Assembly (NCBI GenBank): GCA_016840085.1
Contig: JAEOTA010000081.1
Coordinates: 96,001-160,000, forward strand
Length of the DNA stretch: 64,000 nucleotides
Source of the DNA: Promethearchaeota archaeon
GTDB taxonomy: Archaea; Asgardarchaeota; Lokiarchaeia; Sigyniarchaeales; SOKP01
Reading direction: 5' to 3'
The position numbers were made by a program, and so were the translations under genes. Positions 31,793 through 42,444 of this stretch are shown here, piece after piece. The notes below the pieces were generated by a model. The model made no database searches and was not told where the DNA came from. It saw nothing but the letters and a program-made list of their open reading frames with translations. Positions within the stretch are counted from its first letter, which is position 1, and every line of letters begins with the position of its first letter.

Positions 31793-31843
31793 ATGGAAAA
31801 TTAGTCATAAATTCACATTACTTAAAGATTTAAGAATAACATA
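31793..31843 (+). repeat. 51-bp direct repeat, copy 2
   Basis: atggaaaattagtcataaattcacattacttaaagatttaagaataacata. Confidence 0.9.
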
Positions 31844-31941
31844 GTTCTTCATTAAAAATATGAATGTAAAAAAAGATTTGAATTGATTAATGATATTTAA
31901 TTTAATTGTATATCAATTAATTATTCTTTTAGGGAAAATAA

Positions 31942-33021
31942 ATGATTAAAGCTTTAATGATGCCTGATTTTCGAGGATTGAATTACTATCAGGATTTACT
32001 AATAAAATCATTAGAAAAAGAAAAAATTAAAATTTTTTTTCCAAATAAGAATTATGAATATCTTCCTATTTTCAGATCTTCTTTAAAAACAGGAATAAAA
32101 TTATTACATATTAATTGGATTCAAGAATTCACAGGTACAAGATATAGAAATTTCTTTTTTAATATATTTAAATTATTATTATTTAAAATTGACATCTACT
32201 TAGTGAAATATCTCCTTAAAATCAAGATTGTTTGGACAATGCACAATCTTTATGCGCATGAATATTTTTATTTCTTAACTGAAAAATTAGGCAGAAAGTT
32301 TTTGTTAAAAAAAGTTAATGCTATTATAATTCATTGCTATAAAGTTTTAACTTATATACGAAAAGAGTTTAAGGATTATTCTCATAAAATCTATATCATA
32401 CCTCATGGTAATTATTTTAATTGCTATGAAAATGATATTTCTTCAATTGAAGCTAGGAAAATTCTTAAATTAAAAGAAAATGATCTTGTTTTTCTTTTTT
32501 TTGGCAGGATTAGACCTTATAAGGGTATTTTTAATCTAATAAATACTTTTAAATCATTTGAAATAAATAAGAATTTAAAGTTATTGATAATAGGTAATCC
32601 TAAAAATGAAAATACTAAGAATAAAATTTTAAGAATAATTCAAACCTCAAAAAACATCATCGGGGAATTAAAATTTATTCCTGATGAAGAGATCCAAATA
32701 TTCATGAATGCGTCTGATATTGTGGTTTTTCCATACCATGAGATTTTAGCTTCTGGAGCACTTCATCTTGCAATGACTTATGGTAAACCTATCATTGCTC
32801 CTCGTATTGGATGCATTCCAGAAACTTTGAATAAGAATGGTGCTTTTCTTTATAACTTAAAAGATAAAAAAGGATTAGGAAAAGCATTAGAGAAGGCAAT
32901 TAAGAATAGAGAAAGACTCAAAAAAATGGGGATATTTAATTTGGAAATATCGAAAAAACTTGATTGGAATAAGATAGGATTAGAAACAAAGAAAATATAT
33001 AAGAAACTGTTTAAAAACTAA
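31942..33021 (+). CDS. Glycosyltransferase family 4
   Basis: WTMHNL, IPHGNY, FFGRIRPYKG and SGALHLAMTYGKP. Confidence 0.92.
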   Translation: MIKALMMPDFRGLNYYQDLLIKSLEKEKIKIFFPNKNYEYLPIFRSSLKTGIKLLHINWIQEFTGTRYRNFFFNIFKLLLFKIDIYLVKYLLKIKIVWTMHNLYAHEYFYFLTEKLGRKFLLKKVNAIIIHCYKVLTYIRKEFKDYSHKIYIIPHGNYFNCYENDISSIEARKILKLKENDLVFLFFGRIRPYKGIFNLINTFKSFEINKNLKLLIIGNPKNENTKNKILRIIQTSKNIIGELKFIPDEEIQIFMNASDIVVFPYHEILASGALHLAMTYGKPIIAPRIGCIPETLNKNGAFLYNLKDKKGLGKALEKAIKNRERLKKMGIFNLEISKKLDWNKIGLETKKIYKKLFKN

Positions 33022-33100
33022 TCTTAATCTTATTTATTTTTAAGTTAGGTAATGCATAATTTTCAAAAATTTAATTAAAAGATTTAGACTTTAAAAATTA

Positions 33101-33925
33101 ATGAGATTTAATAAGTTAATACAAAAATTACGATATTTTTCTGATACTTTTTTATCTAAAATTGAAATAAGTTTTCTTCTACAATATCACTTTTTTTATA
33201 GGAATTATTTAAAGATTTTTGAGGGATTATCATTTAAACCTAGGATTCCACAAAATATTAAATGGGGCAATACAACTTTAAAAAATAAAGAAGAACTAAA
33301 TTTAGCAATTAAAGAAATAAAAAAATCAAATTTAAATCTTCATCCAAAAGTACCAGAAAAAAATTGGGATTCTCTTATAGCATTAAATATTATTTTGCAA
33401 AATACAGACCAATCTGCTTATATCCTTGATGCTGGAGGGCAAAAAAATTCATTAATCCTCCACTGGCTCTATCAATTCGATTATTCTAATTTAAAAGCTA
33501 TAAATTTAGTTTTTGAAAATAGAAAAAGTAAAGGTAAAATTGAATTTATTCCCGGGGATATAACTAATACTCCATTTCCGGACAAATATTTTGATATTAT
33601 AACATGTTTGAGTGTCATTGAACATGGTGTTGATGAAGATCAATTTTTAATAGAAATGCATAGAATTCTGAAAGATGGGGGTTTACTTATTATTTCAACA
33701 GACTATTGGGAACAAAACATAAATATAGGAAATTTATATGCATATAATCACCCCATTTTTGTATATAATAAAGATTTTATTAAAAGATTATTAAAAAAAG
33801 CAATAACTAAGGGATTTAAAATATATGGTCCAAAGGTTGACCTTAGCTGTGAGGAAAAAGTAGTTAATTGGAGAAAATTTAATATAAGTTTCACATTTTT
33901 AATATTTAGTTTACAGAAAGAATAA
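33101..33925 (+). CDS. Class I SAM methyltransferase
   Basis: ILDAGG, GDITNTPFPD, FDIITCLSVIEHG and RILKDGGLLIISTDY. Confidence 0.88.
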   Translation: MRFNKLIQKLRYFSDTFLSKIEISFLLQYHFFYRNYLKIFEGLSFKPRIPQNIKWGNTTLKNKEELNLAIKEIKKSNLNLHPKVPEKNWDSLIALNIILQNTDQSAYILDAGGQKNSLILHWLYQFDYSNLKAINLVFENRKSKGKIEFIPGDITNTPFPDKYFDIITCLSVIEHGVDEDQFLIEMHRILKDGGLLIISTDYWEQNINIGNLYAYNHPIFVYNKDFIKRLLKKAITKGFKIYGPKVDLSCEEKVVNWRKFNISFTFLIFSLQKE

Positions 33926-33943
33926 TGGGAGAAGAAATTAGGT

Positions 33944-36328
33944 TTGAACATATCTGAACAACTTTTATATAATATTTCAATAAGCATTTCCCAAATATTA
34001 AATTTATATTTAAACAATGTAGAACATAAATTCCCTTTTTATTTTTTATCATTTTTAAAAAATCGAAGAATTCCTCGAAATAATATAAATGCTGTTTTTT
34101 ATTCACTAAAAAAAAATCTTATTAAAAATAATCTTAATTTATTTTTTAATATTGATTTCAAAAAATCAGTTGAAGATAATATCATTAGTACAGTCATTGG
34201 ATTTGAAAATCTTATTAATAATCTTTCAAACGTGTTTAAATCAAAAATATTCTTAAGAAGCGAATTAAAGCAGGCGGATTTAAAGAACCTTTATGGAAAA
34301 TGTGGTGAGCAAAATGAACTAATATCACTGATTCGATATATATACCAATTTAAAAACTATTTCAAAATAGTATTAATTAATGGTAGTATTGGATCAAGAG
34401 ATTATAAACCTGGTTGGAGTGATGTTGACTTATTTATTATTATTAATAATCAATATCTCATTTCTAAAAATAAACTTAGGGATTTAAGAAAAATAACATT
34501 AAATATTAAGAAATTAATTATGACTTATAGTATTCTACAGCTACATGGGGTATATTATTCTTCAGAAGAACAAATGAAGGCAAATTATAATGAATTCTTC
34601 CCTATAGCCTGCTTAGAAACTGGGCAAATCATTAATGACTTGGATAAATTTGAATTAAAAATCCCAAATAATAAAGAATCAGCATTAAACTATTTTAGAT
34701 CAATCTATAAAAATTCAAAACTTTTATACAATCAGATAAAAATAAAGAAATTAGATATTTTCTCACAAATCTTATTGTTTCATAGAATATACTCTTTTCC
34801 ATTTTCATTTTTACAATGCTTAGGATTCAATATTGGAAAAAAAGAGTCATTTAAAGTTCTTACAACAAAATTTCAAGATCTATTTCCAAAAATTTCAGAT
34901 TTTTATAATGAGGTAAATAGGTTTTATCTGAATTGGAAAATAGATAAAATTAGAACATATAAATTTCGTAAATTTTTGAGTCATATCTTTTCTTTAGAAT
35001 TTCTAAATAGAATTTTTCTTCAATGGGAAAAGTCTATTATAAATAAAATAGAAAATCATTTTAAACAATTCCTAAAAAAGAGGATTTTTAATGAATTTAA
35101 CAAGTTCCTTGATATTGCAAATAGTTATATTATAAAAGAATATCCTTCTTATCAGAATCCTTTTAGACCATATTTAGATTACGAATTTTATGAAAAATGC
35201 ATACATAAAATTCAAAAGTTATTTTCTAATATTGATGAAATCATAGCAATTTATAGATTTGGGAGTATCAAAGCTCCCGGTAATTCAGATATAGATTTAA
35301 TATTTGTTGTAAAGAATAATATTCAAGTGTATGACAAGATTGTATATTGCCTTAAAACTAGATTTACTTCTAATGAAAAATTTATAGTGTTTCAACATAA
35401 ACCTTTCGTAATTACGGAAGATATTGCTAAAAACTTAAATTATATTTTACCATGCGAAGAAATAACAAAAATCTATGGAAAAGATATTATCTTTAATATA
35501 ATTTCAAATCCTTATGTAAAATTAGCTATGCTTATTGAATTGTTGATCTTTACAAAACCTATTCCGTTTCCGGTTTTAGTGAATATTCAAGAAGATTTTG
35601 CAAAATCATTACAACAAATTAATACAATGAATTACATAATGAAACAATATTTAGAGATTATTGATTATTTTGATATAGGATCAGAGATTAGCTTCAAATA
35701 TTTAAGAGAATTATTAAAGAAAAATGATTATATTCGAAAAAATATGTATACTTTACCTTTAAACTCGATTAAAACGCATATTGATAATTCTTGTTTAATT
35801 ATGAGAAATTACTTGTTAAGAATTAAATTAGAAATTGCTCATTTTATTGAAAATAATGGTTTCAATCAAAAAATAATAAAAGAATATAAGAGGAAACCTG
35901 TTTTAAGATTTGGGAGTTATTTTTTTATCTTTAATGAAGAAAAACTCAAAAAAATTAATCTTATCAATAATAGATCATATCTTTATAATCCATGGTCCTT
36001 TTATTTCTTTTTTAAAAATCAAGAATGTTTGAAGAAAAAATTTTATAAGGGAATTAAAGAAAGAAATAAGATATTAATCCCCTATTTGAGATATACATTA
36101 ATATATAATAATAATTCAAATTTGTATGTTCCATTTTGGTATCGTGATAAAAAAAGAAATCTTAATGAAATAATATGGAATTTAGTTCCAAAAACTTTAA
36201 AAAATAAGTATCTCTTTTATTTTTATTTCTGGCAAAAAGCTCCTCGACTATATGAAATTATATTATTACCTCTTTTATTATTAAAAAAATTCGCAAAAAA
36301 TCTTTTCCATTATTTGAGTAATATTTGA
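33944..36328 (+). CDS. Protein with two Pol-beta-type nucleotidyltransferase domains
   Basis: INGSIGSRDYKPGWSDVDLFII and YRFGSIKAPGNSDIDLIFV, each an hGS...DxD motif. Start codon uncertain. Confidence 0.7.
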   Translation: MNISEQLLYNISISISQILNLYLNNVEHKFPFYFLSFLKNRRIPRNNINAVFYSLKKNLIKNNLNLFFNIDFKKSVEDNIISTVIGFENLINNLSNVFKSKIFLRSELKQADLKNLYGKCGEQNELISLIRYIYQFKNYFKIVLINGSIGSRDYKPGWSDVDLFIIINNQYLISKNKLRDLRKITLNIKKLIMTYSILQLHGVYYSSEEQMKANYNEFFPIACLETGQIINDLDKFELKIPNNKESALNYFRSIYKNSKLLYNQIKIKKLDIFSQILLFHRIYSFPFSFLQCLGFNIGKKESFKVLTTKFQDLFPKISDFYNEVNRFYLNWKIDKIRTYKFRKFLSHIFSLEFLNRIFLQWEKSIINKIENHFKQFLKKRIFNEFNKFLDIANSYIIKEYPSYQNPFRPYLDYEFYEKCIHKIQKLFSNIDEIIAIYRFGSIKAPGNSDIDLIFVVKNNIQVYDKIVYCLKTRFTSNEKFIVFQHKPFVITEDIAKNLNYILPCEEITKIYGKDIIFNIISNPYVKLAMLIELLIFTKPIPFPVLVNIQEDFAKSLQQINTMNYIMKQYLEIIDYFDIGSEISFKYLRELLKKNDYIRKNMYTLPLNSIKTHIDNSCLIMRNYLLRIKLEIAHFIENNGFNQKIIKEYKRKPVLRFGSYFFIFNEEKLKKINLINNRSYLYNPWSFYFFFKNQECLKKKFYKGIKERNKILIPYLRYTLIYNNNSNLYVPFWYRDKKRNLNEIIWNLVPKTLKNKYLFYFYFWQKAPRLYEIILLPLLLLKKFAKNLFHYLSNI

Positions 36329-36338
36329 GTTAAGAAAA

Positions 36339-37382
36339 TTAGAAATCTTGAAAACATAGAAAAATCATTATTAAATCCTTTCTTAATAGAACTCTATTAA
36401 CCTCTCTTCTTAGGTAACTTATTAATAATTTTATAAGAATGGATCCAATTATTATCCTTAATCTATTAATAATAATTTCAAGTTTAGTTTGATTTATCGC
36501 ATTTTTACTGGCACCCAAACGACTACTTTTATAACTCTTAAATACTTCCTTCAAACTAACTGGAGAAAACTTAATTAAATCTTTTAACTCTTTAATATCT
36601 TTGAATATTTCTTCAGGTTTGAAGGATCCATTTACATTTTGATAATATTTATCAAAAATAGGTAATAAAGAATCCCAAAAATGATGTGAATTTAATATAG
36701 TAATTGTATCTTCTTTCTTAGGCTCCATTGAAGAAGTATAATGAAATTTTTGCCATCCTAAAACATTCTTTGGGTGGTTTGCTTCAAAATTTTTTACTTT
36801 TGTCCACCATTCTCTAGAATATGCCAATAAATCAACATTCAAAAAATTACCTATTAATTCAATTATTTTTTGATTTTTATAAATAATATCCTCCATGCGA
36901 ATATGTAAAACATCTGGTAATAAAAAACTCTTAAGAAAATAAGAACAATAATCAATTACTGTGGGTACAATATCTTGTGATGTTATATATGTCCGGATTG
37001 TAGAATCTTTACACAACCAAGTCCGAATATCTCTAATAGTAAAAATTATTCTGTCATTCTTGAGATCCTCTAATACCTTTTCATTGAGAGTAGGAAGTTT
37101 ATCACCCATAATTTCAAAATTATACCCATTATCTCTTAAAAATTCTTTTAATTCGAAATATAATACTTCTGGTTCACACTCAAATCTAAATAGATATCTA
37201 GCATTAGGATATTTCTCCAAAAATTTTTATGCATATTTTCCTGGCAATCCTCGATGAAGGATGGTTTCATAAAGAATAAAAATTTTAGGATGGCAATTTA
37301 AAATCCCAACGATAGGAGAAGTTCCAGTTTTATGAGCACCAGTAATAAATACGATTTTTTCTAATTTTTCCTTTAGGCTCAT
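36339..37382 (-). pseudogene. Sulfotransferase-family protein interrupted by one in-frame stop
   Basis: MSLKEKLEKIVFITGAHKTGTSPIVGILNCHPKI (PAPS-binding loop), TAA at 37229-37227, then the same frame continues KFLEKYP...GDKLP...IFTIRDIR...IRMED. Confidence 0.8.
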
Positions 37383-37693
37383 AATAATCAAACCACTTTT
37401 TCTTGTGAAATTCCTCTTTAGCATATATAATATGATTATTTCTGGTAATCTTCCTTCCATTTAAAACTATATTAATAAACGAATTAACTCAAATTTTATC
37501 AGAAAAAGAAAGCCTTGGATTATTTTTAATACGACTTAAAGAAAAAAAACTTGATTTTTGATAAAGTATTATTTGTATAGAATAATAATAAAATATCTCA
37601 GATTGGTAAATTTTAATAAAATTAGCTTTAAATTTCTTTAAAAATTATTAATAACTACATATAGATAAGGAAAAAGACATAACATTTGATCTT

Positions 37694-39313
37694 ATGATTT
37701 TTTTTGAGAAATTTTTAAATCTAATACGCTCAATTATAGATTCTTTCGATAAATGGAGATCTTATAAAAAAGAATATAATCATTTCAAGAAACTTTCAGG
37801 AAATATTGAAAGAACTCAATTAATTAGTAAGACAATCGTATTTAATACAGTCAGAAGTATAAAGTCTGTTATTGACAGAGAATTTTTTCTCGGAAAAATT
37901 TTAGCATTAAATGGAGCTAAAGTTATCGTATTGTTAGATGATGGTATCCTTAAGCATTGTGATACAATTACTTTAGGTAAATATATTAAATATAAAAATT
38001 TTAAAAAAACAAATTTTAATCCAACTCCCTTTTCTTACAAAAATTATAAAAATTTTGTAAAAAATCTTCTTTTAAGAAGTCTTTTAAAACAATCATTAAA
38101 ATCATTTCAAGATAAGAATCTTAAATTTATTTATTATAGTGAAATTTTAACAAAAAAAAAAATAAATTTTGAAAATTGGCAGGAGTTAAAGAAATATGCG
38201 CATTCTTCAACAATAAGATTTTTCACAAGAAGTAATTTAGATTTTAATAATAGATATGTAAAGCATTATTATAACTTATCTTTAATAAATGCTATTATGA
38301 GTAAAAATGTAGGAGAATATATTTTAAAAAGAATTAAACCAGATTTTTTTATAACTTCTCATGGAATATATTCTACTTGGGGACCTACTTATGATTTTTT
38401 AAAAAAGCACGGGATTAATTGTTTAGTATATTCAGGTGTCCATGGACATTCAACAAAGGAGAAAGATTTTTTTATTATTGATCAAAAACCTCATTTATTA
38501 TCAAGCTCAAAGTTTTGGCAAAAATTTAAGCATAATCGAGTAACTAAAGAAATGAAAGAAAAAGTTATGGATTATTTTGAAAAAAGATTTAACTATAATA
38601 GTAGAGATGGTAAATGGCTTTATTATGGTAAAAAAACTATATTAAAAATAAATAAAAATGATGGATATAAATATCATGTTGCTATGTTTCCTCATCTGTT
38701 ATGGGATGGAAATATTAAAGATAGGCATCCTGTCTTTTCAGGTTATTTAGATTGGCTACTTTCAACTATTGATTTTCTAAAAAATCGAAAAGATATAAAA
38801 TTGTATGTTAAAAGCCACCCAATAGAATTAAGACTTAAAAATTCAACAAGAGTAGTTGATTTGATTAAAAAATATATAGAATTAGAAGAAATTGATAATC
38901 TCGTTTTAATTCCACCTGAAACAAAACTTGATACTTATTTGTTTTTAAAAAGTGGAGTTGATTTAAGTTTAGTCTATGATGGTTTTTTGGGAATAGAAAT
39001 TCCATTTTTAAGAATTCCTACAATAACTTGTGTTAAAGGAGGATTTGCTTCTGTTGAAGGGGGAAATATCACAATTAGAGATAAAGAAAGTTATTTTGAA
39101 TATTTAAATAATATTGATAAGATCAATACTGAATTTAATGAAAATTATGATGAACGACTTAATAATCTAATAAAGTATGTTTATTGGTATATTTTTGAAA
39201 TATCGATAAAATTACCAACTTTATCTTCAGACTCTTACATTGGAACAAATTTATTACAATTGAAAAGAAAAGATTTAATTATAGATAATAAATTTTTATC
39301 TTTTTTTACATAA
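37694..39313 (+). CDS. Capsule polysaccharide synthesis family protein (KpsS/GT-B-like), candidate nonulosonate transferase
   Basis: SHGIY, LWDG, WLLSTI, VKSHPIE and GIEIPFLRIPTI; adjacent to the nonulosonate genes. Confidence 0.55.
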   Translation: MIFFEKFLNLIRSIIDSFDKWRSYKKEYNHFKKLSGNIERTQLISKTIVFNTVRSIKSVIDREFFLGKILALNGAKVIVLLDDGILKHCDTITLGKYIKYKNFKKTNFNPTPFSYKNYKNFVKNLLLRSLLKQSLKSFQDKNLKFIYYSEILTKKKINFENWQELKKYAHSSTIRFFTRSNLDFNNRYVKHYYNLSLINAIMSKNVGEYILKRIKPDFFITSHGIYSTWGPTYDFLKKHGINCLVYSGVHGHSTKEKDFFIIDQKPHLLSSSKFWQKFKHNRVTKEMKEKVMDYFEKRFNYNSRDGKWLYYGKKTILKINKNDGYKYHVAMFPHLLWDGNIKDRHPVFSGYLDWLLSTIDFLKNRKDIKLYVKSHPIELRLKNSTRVVDLIKKYIELEEIDNLVLIPPETKLDTYLFLKSGVDLSLVYDGFLGIEIPFLRIPTITCVKGGFASVEGGNITIRDKESYFEYLNNIDKINTEFNENYDERLNNLIKYVYWYIFEISIKLPTLSSDSYIGTNLLQLKRKDLIIDNKFLSFFT

Positions 39314-39551
39314 TCTTAAAGTTATTCTTATTCCTTAAATTTCTGAAATCATAAAATTTTTATTTTTAAAGGATTAATAAAAATATTTCAAATATTGATT
39401 TGATTTAAAATGGTTTTTAAAGAAATTATATGATATAAATTATGACAATTCGATTTATTTTTTTAAAAATTATTACTGCATTGATCTTCGAATGTCTTTT
39501 AATGTTTTATCAAAAAAATTCATATCTACATTTTTGCAATTTTGAAATGAT

Positions 39552-40070
39552 TTATTGATTGATAAAAAAAAAATCTTTTTTATTTAATCTATATACTAAA
39601 ACATCTTCCTCTTCTTTATATAATTTAAATCCAACCTTTTTTTTTATATGATGCGCACCAATATTTTCTTTATAAGCTCCAGAAGTAATTATTTTTAAAT
39701 TTAGATTATTAAATACGTAATTAATGAAGAGTTTATAGGTCTCTGTACCATAACCCTTACCCCAATATTCTTTTTCTCCAATTAGTAGGCCAATACTACC
39801 ACTTTTCTTATTAAAATCAATAGAGCTTAATCTGACGTTTCCGATATGTGTATCATTTTCTTTGAGAAAGATGCCTAAAAAAAGACAATTTGGATCATTA
39901 TTTTGAGTAGTTATGTAATTTTCTAATTCTTTTATTGATGTTTTCTTCGTTTCTAAAAATATATTTATTTCAGGATTATTTATCCAAGATCTATATTTTT
40001 CAGTAGCATCTTGTTCTGTTAATGTCCTCAAATAAATCCTATCTCCTTCAAGTTTTTTATTAATTATCAT
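39552..40070 (-). CDS. GNAT (RimJ/RimL-type) N-acetyltransferase
   Basis: HIGNVRL, GLLIGEKEYWGKGYGTE and N...KKVGF. Confidence 0.9.
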   Translation of the reverse strand: MIINKKLEGDRIYLRTLTEQDATEKYRSWINNPEINIFLETKKTSIKELENYITTQNNDPNCLFLGIFLKENDTHIGNVRLSSIDFNKKSGSIGLLIGEKEYWGKGYGTETYKLFINYVFNNLNLKIITSGAYKENIGAHHIKKKVGFKLYKEEEDVLVYRLNKKDFFFINQ

Positions 40071-40130
40071 TCCAATTTAGAAAATTTTAAGAAATAAATT
40101 AATGTATCTATTTTTCTTAAATAACTAATA

Positions 40131-41054
40131 ATGAAAATTTCAAAACTTACTTTGGGAACTGCTCAATTAGGATTGAACTATGGAATTTCTAATATAAATG
40201 GAAAACCAGATTTTAATTATTCTCTTAATTTGTTAAAATATGCTTGGAAGAATGGAATTAATACTTTTGATACAGCTCCAACATATGGAAATTCCGAAAA
40301 AATAATTGGAGATTTTATAGTTTCAAATTTCAAATCTATTCCAAAAAATTTAACTATAATTACAAAATTATCAGCTCTTCAAATAAATAATAAAATGAAT
40401 TTTGATGATTTCTTAACTAATATTAAGAATACTATAATCCAAACATTAAGAAATTTAAAAATTAAAAAAATTCCAATTTACTTGATACATCATGCTCCAG
40501 ATTTGTATTTGAAAAATGGTATTATTATTAAATGTTTAAGTCAATTAAAGAATGAGGGATTAATCGATCGTATAGGGATTTCGATCTATAATCAAGAAGA
40601 AATAATTGAAGCATTTAAATATAAGGAACTTGATGTAATTCAAATCCCAATAAATATTTTTGACCATCGATTAATTCATAATAAAATATTGAAAAAACTT
40701 AAAGAAAAAAATTATTTAATATTTGCAAGGAGCATCTTTTTACAAGGCCTATTCTTTATTGATTTAGAATGCTTGCCAAAGAATCTTGAAATAGCAAAAA
40801 ATTATTTACTGAAGTTAAGAAATATATGTAAAGATTACAAAATCGAATTAGACAAATTGGCATTATTATTTGTAAGAGAATTGCCAGAAATTGATAGTAT
40901 TGTAATTGGTGTTGAAAGATTAGAACAACTTAAAAGAAATTTAATTTTAATTGAAGAAAAACCTTTACGTCATAATATTTTAAATAGAATTTTTTTAGAA
41001 TTTTCAGATGTTCCTGAATTAATAATTAATCCTTCTCTATGGAAAACTATCTAG
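40131..41054 (+). CDS. Aldo/keto reductase
   Basis: LGTAQLGLNYG, FDTAPTYGNSE, IGISIY and ARSIFLQG. Confidence 0.92.
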   Translation: MKISKLTLGTAQLGLNYGISNINGKPDFNYSLNLLKYAWKNGINTFDTAPTYGNSEKIIGDFIVSNFKSIPKNLTIITKLSALQINNKMNFDDFLTNIKNTIIQTLRNLKIKKIPIYLIHHAPDLYLKNGIIIKCLSQLKNEGLIDRIGISIYNQEEIIEAFKYKELDVIQIPINIFDHRLIHNKILKKLKEKNYLIFARSIFLQGLFFIDLECLPKNLEIAKNYLLKLRNICKDYKIELDKLALLFVRELPEIDSIVIGVERLEQLKRNLILIEEKPLRHNILNRIFLEFSDVPELIINPSLWKTI

Positions 41055-41128
41055 ATTATTTGAAAAAATAAAATATATTAAACCACAATAATTTTAGCGT
41101 AATATATTGTTTAAAAAGGTATTATATA

Positions 41129-42439
41129 ATGAACTGTCAAAAAGGAAATTCACTTTGGAAGAAGGCAAAACAATTGATCCCTGGGGGTTCACAATTATTA
41201 AGCAAGCGTTCTGAGATGTTTTTACCTGATCTTTGGCCCTCTTATTATACAAAAGCGAAAGGGATCGAAATCTGGGATTTAGATGGCAATAAATTTATTG
41301 ATTTTGCATCTATGGGTGTCGGCTCTTGTATACTTGGATATGCAGATGAAGAAGTTAATGAAGCAGTGAAAAATTCAATTAATAATGGTTCTATGACAAC
41401 TCTGAATTGTCCAGAGGAAGTTGAATTGGCAGAATTATTACTTGAAATACATCCCTGGGCTGGTGCTGTTCGTTATGCTCGTACCGGAGGAGAAAGCATG
41501 GCCATTGCGATTAGAATCGCTCGAGCATATAAAAAAAAAGAAAAAATTGCATTCTGTGGATATCATGGATGGCATGATTGGTATTTATCAAGTAATTTGG
41601 CAGATAATGCAAATCTTGACGGTCATCTTCTACCAGGGCTGGATCCTAATGGTGTCCCTAGAGGATTGATAAATACGGCAATTCCGTTCGAATATAATGA
41701 TATTGAGAAATTAGAATACATAACAAAAAAACATGACATTGGAATTATAGTTCTAGAGCCCATAAGACATCAAGAACCATCGAATAATTTTCTTAAACGA
41801 GTTAGAGAAATTGCTGATGATATTAATGCTGTTTTAATCTTTGATGAGATAACATCTGGCTGGAGACTAACTCTTGGAGGAGCTCATTTAAAATATAATG
41901 TTAATCCTGACATAATGGTAACTGCAAAAGCGATTAGTAATGGATTTCCTATGGGTGCTGTGATAGGAAAAAGTGAGATTATGGATTCAGCACAGATGAG
42001 TTTTATAAGTAGTACGTATTGGACTGAAAGAATTGGACCAACAGCAGCAATAGCAACTATAAATAAAATCAAAAAGGAAAAGGTTCCAGATAATTTAGAC
42101 AGAATTGGTAAAATTATTGGAAATGGTTGGACAAGATTAGCAGAAGAACATGAATTAGAGATTGAAATTCTGCATCCCAATGCTCTTATTTCTTTTTCAT
42201 TTGAGCTTGAAAATGCTCAAGAATGTAAAACATTATTTACACAAGAAATGCTTGATAAAGGATATCTTGCTTCAAATAGTGTTTATGTTAGTTTTAGCCA
42301 TAAAAAAGAATACTTGAATGATTACTTAAATGAAGTTGATGATGTTTTTGGCAAAATTAAATTAGCAGTAAAAAAAAATAGCGTAAAAAAGATGTTAAAG
42401 GGACCAATAGCTCATAATGGTTTTCAAAGATTAACCTAA
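41129..42439 (+). CDS. Class III PLP aminotransferase (glutamate-1-semialdehyde aminomutase-like)
   Basis: IPGGSQLLSK, TGGE, GYHGWHDW, FDEITSGWR and AKAISNG (PLP lysine). Confidence 0.92.
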   Translation: MNCQKGNSLWKKAKQLIPGGSQLLSKRSEMFLPDLWPSYYTKAKGIEIWDLDGNKFIDFASMGVGSCILGYADEEVNEAVKNSINNGSMTTLNCPEEVELAELLLEIHPWAGAVRYARTGGESMAIAIRIARAYKKKEKIAFCGYHGWHDWYLSSNLADNANLDGHLLPGLDPNGVPRGLINTAIPFEYNDIEKLEYITKKHDIGIIVLEPIRHQEPSNNFLKRVREIADDINAVLIFDEITSGWRLTLGGAHLKYNVNPDIMVTAKAISNGFPMGAVIGKSEIMDSAQMSFISSTYWTERIGPTAAIATINKIKKEKVPDNLDRIGKIIGNGWTRLAEEHELEIEILHPNALISFSFELENAQECKTLFTQEMLDKGYLASNSVYVSFSHKKEYLNDYLNEVDDVFGKIKLAVKKNSVKKMLKGPIAHNGFQRLT

Positions 42440-42444
42440 TCCTT

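Noticed and set aside
30612-31843. CRISPR array or att site at the 51-bp repeat
   Set aside because: Only two copies 1.18 kb apart, with no cas gene, integrase or tRNA in the window.
33944-36328. CBASS or toxin-antitoxin nucleotidyltransferase
   Set aside because: No effector, HEPN or cap genes adjacent; the gene sits in a GT-methyltransferase run. Not formally excluded without HMM searches.
3824-37229. Stop-codon recoding suggested by in-frame TAA/TGA codons in several genes
   Set aside because: TAA, TAG and TGA all end intact genes here. The internal stops fall at positions expecting different residues and often come with frameshifts, which fits decay or sequencing error.
41129-42439. hemL (tetrapyrrole synthesis)
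   Set aside because: No other hem genes; the YHGWHDW variant and the SpsF/reductase neighbours point to sugar modification.
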